Made by a program: the position numbers and the translations under genes | Source: Welwitschia mirabilis | Taxonomy: Eukaryota | Assembly (NCBI GenBank): GCA_051453625.1 | Contig: JBOZIK010000001.1 | Location: 9,156,070 to 9,182,639 of the forward strand | Reading direction: 5' to 3' | Length of the DNA: 26,570 bases | Shown: piece by piece, positions 21,990 to 26,570 of the stretch | How the letters are laid out: each line of letters opens with the position of its first letter | Numbering within the stretch: position 1 is the first letter of the stretch | The notes under the pieces: generated by a model | Database searches by the model: none | Told to the model about the DNA's origin: nothing | What the model saw: the letters and a program-made list of their open reading frames with translations, nothing else

Positions 21990-23323
21990 AATCTGTGAAA
22001 TAAGACTAGTCCTTGTATTTTCCAAAACATATTCATAGTATGGCATATCTCCCAAGGCTACTATAGAGCTCTAGAGGTGTAGTTGGCTGATGGGTCTTGG
22101 TATCATCTCATTTACGAACAAGCTAGATATGGTTTAAAAAAAGTTAAGGTATTTCATGATGTTACATCATCTGCCAAGGGTATAGCAGTCTTTAAATATT
22201 GCATCCTGTTTTGGGGAATGCACCTATTGTAACCACATTATCTACTTTACAAGCATAAAAAAGGGGAGTCCAATAAATTTGGTACTATGTTGGTGTGGAT
22301 TGTGAATTATTGCCTTATAAATTCATTCTAAAGTTTTTTTTTAATGATCCTCTCGATAGGAACTTTTTAAACCATCCTTCTCATTTCTATCATTTTCAGT
22401 CTAAGTGATTTTTATTTCATTTTAACTCTACCAAAGGATTCCAAAAATAGAATCTGGTGGAAGAAAATCTTTTCGAAGAAAAACTATACGTAGGTACGTT
22501 GCTAGATCCTTGAAGTGGTTCTAAGTCAATGATAAGTGAATATTTGAGCCTATTAATCATGACATGCTATGCTTATTTGGTCTTTGATTACAAGGGCAAT
22601 AAAAATAAGTGCTTCCACAACTAATTTAAAACATGATAGTTATTGCTGAAGAAATTCTAAGATCACTACCATACTTTACATGTGTGTAAATTGCCTTTTG
22701 ATCTTAACCCTCTATTCCTATCAGTGGGTAGAAGCATATTAATGTATCCCAGGGTGGAGATATATTAGGAAGGAATGTTTGAATGCATAGACATCTGTGT
22801 TGTTAAAAGTGTTATCAAGAAGGCTATACCCTAGGTAATATTAAAGCATAATATTTACTCACTTACATTAGGAGAGAATGTAATGGAAATTTGACACTTG
22901 TCAAAAATGGACATGGCTTGGGTGTCAAAAGCTTTAATATTTTATTTTCTACAAGGCATCCTACTCATTTTTGAAATAGAGTTCCATCGATGTTTTCGGC
23001 ATTCTCTCAACTTTAGGAATGACACCTAATCCTACATCAAATTTATTGGGGGCCCTACCATGCATCTTATGTTGCTTGCAACCCAACCTGTACCCCCAAT
23101 TTTAGTAGCACCTCTTTCATTAGCATTCGTATTTCAGATTAGTGATTTTAACGGTACCTTTGGTCACGCAATCATTCTTTAGCATTTGTGATGTTAATAC
23201 AATAGGGTTCATCCATAGCTCATCAATGAACACACTATCTCAAGATCCTACGCCCCTTTTTGAAGCTCCTTCTCCATGCATCAGTTAAATCACTTCAAAG
23301 CAATGAAATTAAGTGTGGGAGGG
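21990..23323 (+). other. Post-integrase region of element C: possible extra (env-like) ORF remnant ending at a G-rich PPT-like motif
   Basis: Less AT-rich, coding-like stretch (e.g. LADGSWYHLIYEQARYGLKKVKVFHD from 22083) followed by TTAAGTGTGGGAGGG (23309-23323), a motif typical of Athila 3' regions. Protein identity not established. Confidence 0.35.
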
Positions 23324-23929
23324 TGTTTAGCATGTTTAGCAACTTTTATTGCATATTATTCAGGGATTTAATTGGTAAATTTATTTGTGTTTTTATGTGA
23401 TGAGTATTTTAACATTAGTATCATATTTCATGTTATCTACACAACTAGAGTTTTGTTCAATATGCATGTATTTGGAACTGTTCATGAAATTGGAAATTTC
23501 GATTGGTCTAATCTAATATATTCAGTTAAAGTTTTTTTTCACTTGTTCCTCTTTAGTTTGAATGTATCATATAATAAAATAGGTGTTTTTTATGTTTTTG
23601 CAAAGAAATTCTAGATGAAATACAAATGGTTAGAGTAGTTTTGAAATAAGAAAAGAAATAAAAAAAGGAATCTAGCTATCACCAGAAGAAAACATAACCA
23701 CCATGCCTAAGATTGAATACCTTATTATCACAAGAAGAGAGAATTTTCCAATGGGAAAATGCAGCACATCCTTCTTTGGAACTATAGGTAGTTAGGTTAG
23801 TATTATCTCATATTAAAGAATTGCACAAAGCCAAACGGAAAATCATAAGACTTTTGGAAATATTAATTAGAAGCTTTTTAACAAGACACAGCTTGAGAAT
23901 GAAGGCAAAACATTAGGATAATCCTAAAA

Positions 23930-24500
23930 ACTGCATATCCTGCATTCAAATCCCTCATAGAAATTTATGGAAGTTATGGTCAAGTAGCTACAAATTAGGT
24001 TTTAGCATAAGCATTGATATAACAAGGGAGGAGAAGCAATATTCAAGGCTAGGGTATAGAAAGAAGAAACTTAACAAGTATAATTACGGATAAAAAGAGT
24101 CTAAACAATCATTCTACATCATATAGTAAAAAAAAATTCTAAAATTATCTAAATAGAAAGAAGAATCACTAGCACAGATATCAACCAACAAAAATAAAAT
24201 TGCAATAGCAAATACAAAGAAAACAAAAAAAAGAAAAAATTGTCAAATCCTCTACCTAAAAGGGTAATGAGAAGTACTGTTAAGAAGGGTAGAATAACAA
24301 CCTCACCATAAGAGAGGAAGATGATAGCCATAGTTTCAAAAGGCAGTGATAGCCCACCAATAGGAAGTTAATTAATCTAAAAAGAATATATCTTATATAA
24401 ACTCTCAATGGAGGCAAAGAAGAATAGTTTAAGAGAAGCCTCTCAAATGAACCCTCTTTTAAAAACTTTAGTGAAGGTATCAGCTAATAAAGGGACAAAG
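23930..24500 (-). pseudogene. Probable second LINE ORF1 (DUF4283-like) remnant
   Basis: Minus-strand translation with frameshifts gives RGF..LFFFASIESLYKIYSF...LPIGGLSL/LLKLWLSS, like GFFLFxFxSxEDxxxVLxxGPWxIGGxxLxLKxWxPxF. Downstream are LNIASP and YEGFECRIC, in the expected order. Confidence 0.4.
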
Positions 24501-24558
24501 AGAATGTTTTGTTGGAAGAATGGGATTTTGGAGCAAATCCTAACAAGTTTGAACTACC

Positions 24559-26570
24559 AGTTGCTGTTATTTTTAAGTACCGTTTAAATTTTGATTAACT
24601 GATTTACGGGACCTAGTTGTTAATTTAAGGTTAAAATATTTTAAATAAAATTAATTAAAAGATTTTCTTCAAATCTTTTCCCTCTCAAAGGAAACCAATT
24701 TATATTTCCTATTTTATAATTTAAAGATAAATTAAAACTATCTTTTGAACATAATAACTTTAAAGCGCCTAGATTAATAAATTAAAGATAAAGTTATGAA
24801 ATTTTGATATGATGCAAATCTAGAAATAAAATGTCTACATTTCAAATTTCAAATTTTGATTCAACTACAAGAAAAATGTAGACCAAACTTAAGGTTTTGA
24901 AAAACTATTTTTTGAACTTTTTGCATAAAAAAAGGCAAATTAACAAAGGGAATGATTTGAAAATTCATTACAATAATGTAAAAATTTAATAGCATTTAAA
25001 GAGCTAAAAATACATATCATTCACGAAATTTTTAGATCTTCCCTAACCATATTAGAAAATAAATCAACAAAATAAATTTCTAAATGTAATAGTTTTTAGA
25101 ACTTGCAATTTTCAAAACAAAATAGCATTCAGACTAGACTAGATAGGAATAACTTTAAGATTAGATAGTTTTTACATTAGATAACTTTCAAAATGGAACA
25201 ATATCCAGATCAAAATGTACTAAAATGAAAGAAAATCATCTTAAGAATAGAAAAATAACCTTTTTAATGGATAAGATATTTGATGTCTAAAATAAGTAGA
25301 AGAGAGAGACTTTAAGAGAATAAAAAATGATTTTATTAATAATAAAGATGACTTACAACACTTTATAAATGCATCAAAGCTTTTAAAGAATTGGAGAAAA
25401 GAGCTTTCACTTAAATCAGTTAAATCTATATAAAGGTCTTACAAAATAACTCATAAAACCCTATAAAATAACCATAAATTGGCAGCACAATATAGCCCCC
25501 CACTTAGCTTTTGTCAGTTCCTAACAAAAACTAGGTGAAAAATCATAATTGTGAGCCAATTTGTCTTTCAAAGGATAAATCTGGAATTATAAAATAAGCT
25601 CATAAGACACATCACATGGATAAGTAACAAGTAATGTATAATGTGTATGAAAATTTTGAAAGATTTTATCTCATGAAAGATCTGAATTAAGTTAAAAACT
25701 TTTGAAAATGAGCCATAAAAATGGGTTTCTACCTCCACCAAGCCCCCCTCCCCACAAGCAATACATTTCGTATTGGAAAATAAAGCAAAGAAAGTAATCA
25801 GGAGCGAGAAGGCAGGTAAAAGAGGACAACTTTCTAAATAAAGTGCAAAGCTGAGTAATGTCAGATGTGAAAAATATAGATTTATAAAATATTTTGACAA
25901 GCAAAGAAAAAGAGTAGATAATAAAAAATGTTTCGTTACAAAAAGAACATGAGAAGTGCTTACAACACCAAAAATCTGAAGAAAGCACTTATCTAAGCAA
26001 GAAATTATCTTTTATTAAAAACTTGAACAAGGAAAAACATGCTAAAAAAATATGGTAATGACNNNNNNNNNNNNNNNNNNNNNNNNNNNNNNNNNNNNNN
26101 NNNNNNNNNNNNNNNNNNNNNNNNNNNNNNNNNNNNNNNNNNNNNNNNNNNNNNNNNNNNNNNNNNNNNNNNNNNNNNNNNNNNNNNNNNNNNNNNNNNN
26201 NNNNNNNNNNNNNNNNNNNNNNNNNNNNNNNNNNNNNNNNNNNNNNNNNNNNNNNNNNNNNNNNNNNNNNNNNNNNNNNNNNNNNNNNNNNNNNNNNNNN
26301 NNNNNNNNAATGAACTCTCCTATTGTCATCTCAAAACAAACACTTAAATATCAAGAAATGAAATGATCATGTGGATAGACTAAGAGCCTAGGAAACAAGC
26401 CATGCTTCTAATGATACCAGGAAAATCACTGATTCCATAGCCTCAAAATTTAAATACAACTTTATTATCCATGATGAGGAGAATGCAACCATAGTCAGAG
26501 AAGTAACGACCCTTGAAGCATGACCAACTGACCTCCCAGTGAAATTCCCACAGCTACCATGTTAAACTGC
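24559..26570 (-). mobile_element. Element D: second, diverged member of the element-B family (3' LTR plus 3' internal region, runs off the window)
   Basis: 25493-25570 matches 5198-5272 (PPT and flank). 26310-26570 matches ~6110-6378 (e.g. cactgattccatagcctc, gtcagagaagtaacgacccttgaagcatgaccaact). The LTR end at ~25440-25492 resembles 5145-5197. The left boundary is inferred from agttgctgttattttt resembling tgttgcggtcgtattttt and is uncertain. Confidence 0.75.
26063..26308. other. Assembly gap (others at 1686-1692, 5516-5525, 5887-5934)
   Basis: Runs of N. The X-filled ORFs at 26039-26366 are artefacts of this gap. Confidence 0.99.

Noticed and set aside
23372..23614. 80-aa hydrophobic ORF
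   Set aside because: T-rich non-coding-like sequence with a non-ATG start and no motif.
23324..23620. 3' LTR of element C starting TGTTTAGC after the G-rich motif
   Set aside because: I found no matching 5' LTR or PBS in 11350-12500 and no TSD. The motif may be the internal Athila PPT-like copy.
24465..24510. Ty1/copia RNase H end (LADTFTKV on the minus strand)
   Set aside because: No upstream copia KHIDxR motif and no PPT/LTR follows. The context fits a LINE ORF1 remnant better.
25568..25988. ORFs 25568-25900 and 25692-25988 (-) as membrane or env proteins
   Set aside because: Hydrophobicity comes from the T-rich minus strand of the element D 3' region, and the homologous part of element B shows no equivalent ORF in the track.
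26039..26366. Three ORFs of about 100 aa
   Set aside because: Artefacts of the N gap.

Overview
AT-rich eukaryotic intergenic DNA, almost certainly from a land plant, made up of old nested transposable elements. I found no intact host gene, RNA gene or CRISPR array. From left to right: (1) about 3.1 kb of eroded AT-rich DNA with a (TA)n tract and a possible very decayed RT remnant. (2) A tandem ~590-bp duplication of an L1-type LINE ORF1 remnant. Its second copy is split by (3) a ~7-kb minus-strand Athila-like LTR element that has gag but no detectable pol, and whose 5' LTR is partly deleted (element B, 3977-10994). (4) A ~230-nt imperfect hairpin (11697-11927) whose main-stem mismatches are all G-U compatible on the + strand. 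(5) A decayed non-chromovirus Ty3/gypsy pol (element C, ~12500-23320), into which (6) a structurally complete chromovirus has inserted (element A, 12649-18216). Element A has 417-bp LTRs, a GAAAG TSD, a tRNA-iMet PBS, a PPT and gag-PR-RT-RH-INT-chromodomain, and its LTRs are ~17-18% diverged with no indels. (7) A probable second LINE ORF1 remnant on the minus strand. (8) A second, diverged member of the element-B family running off the right edge. All coding regions carry stops or frameshifts. I see no convincing new biological system. The best leads are the hairpin, the gag-only LTR family and the unusual ageing pattern (heavy substitution, preserved structure).
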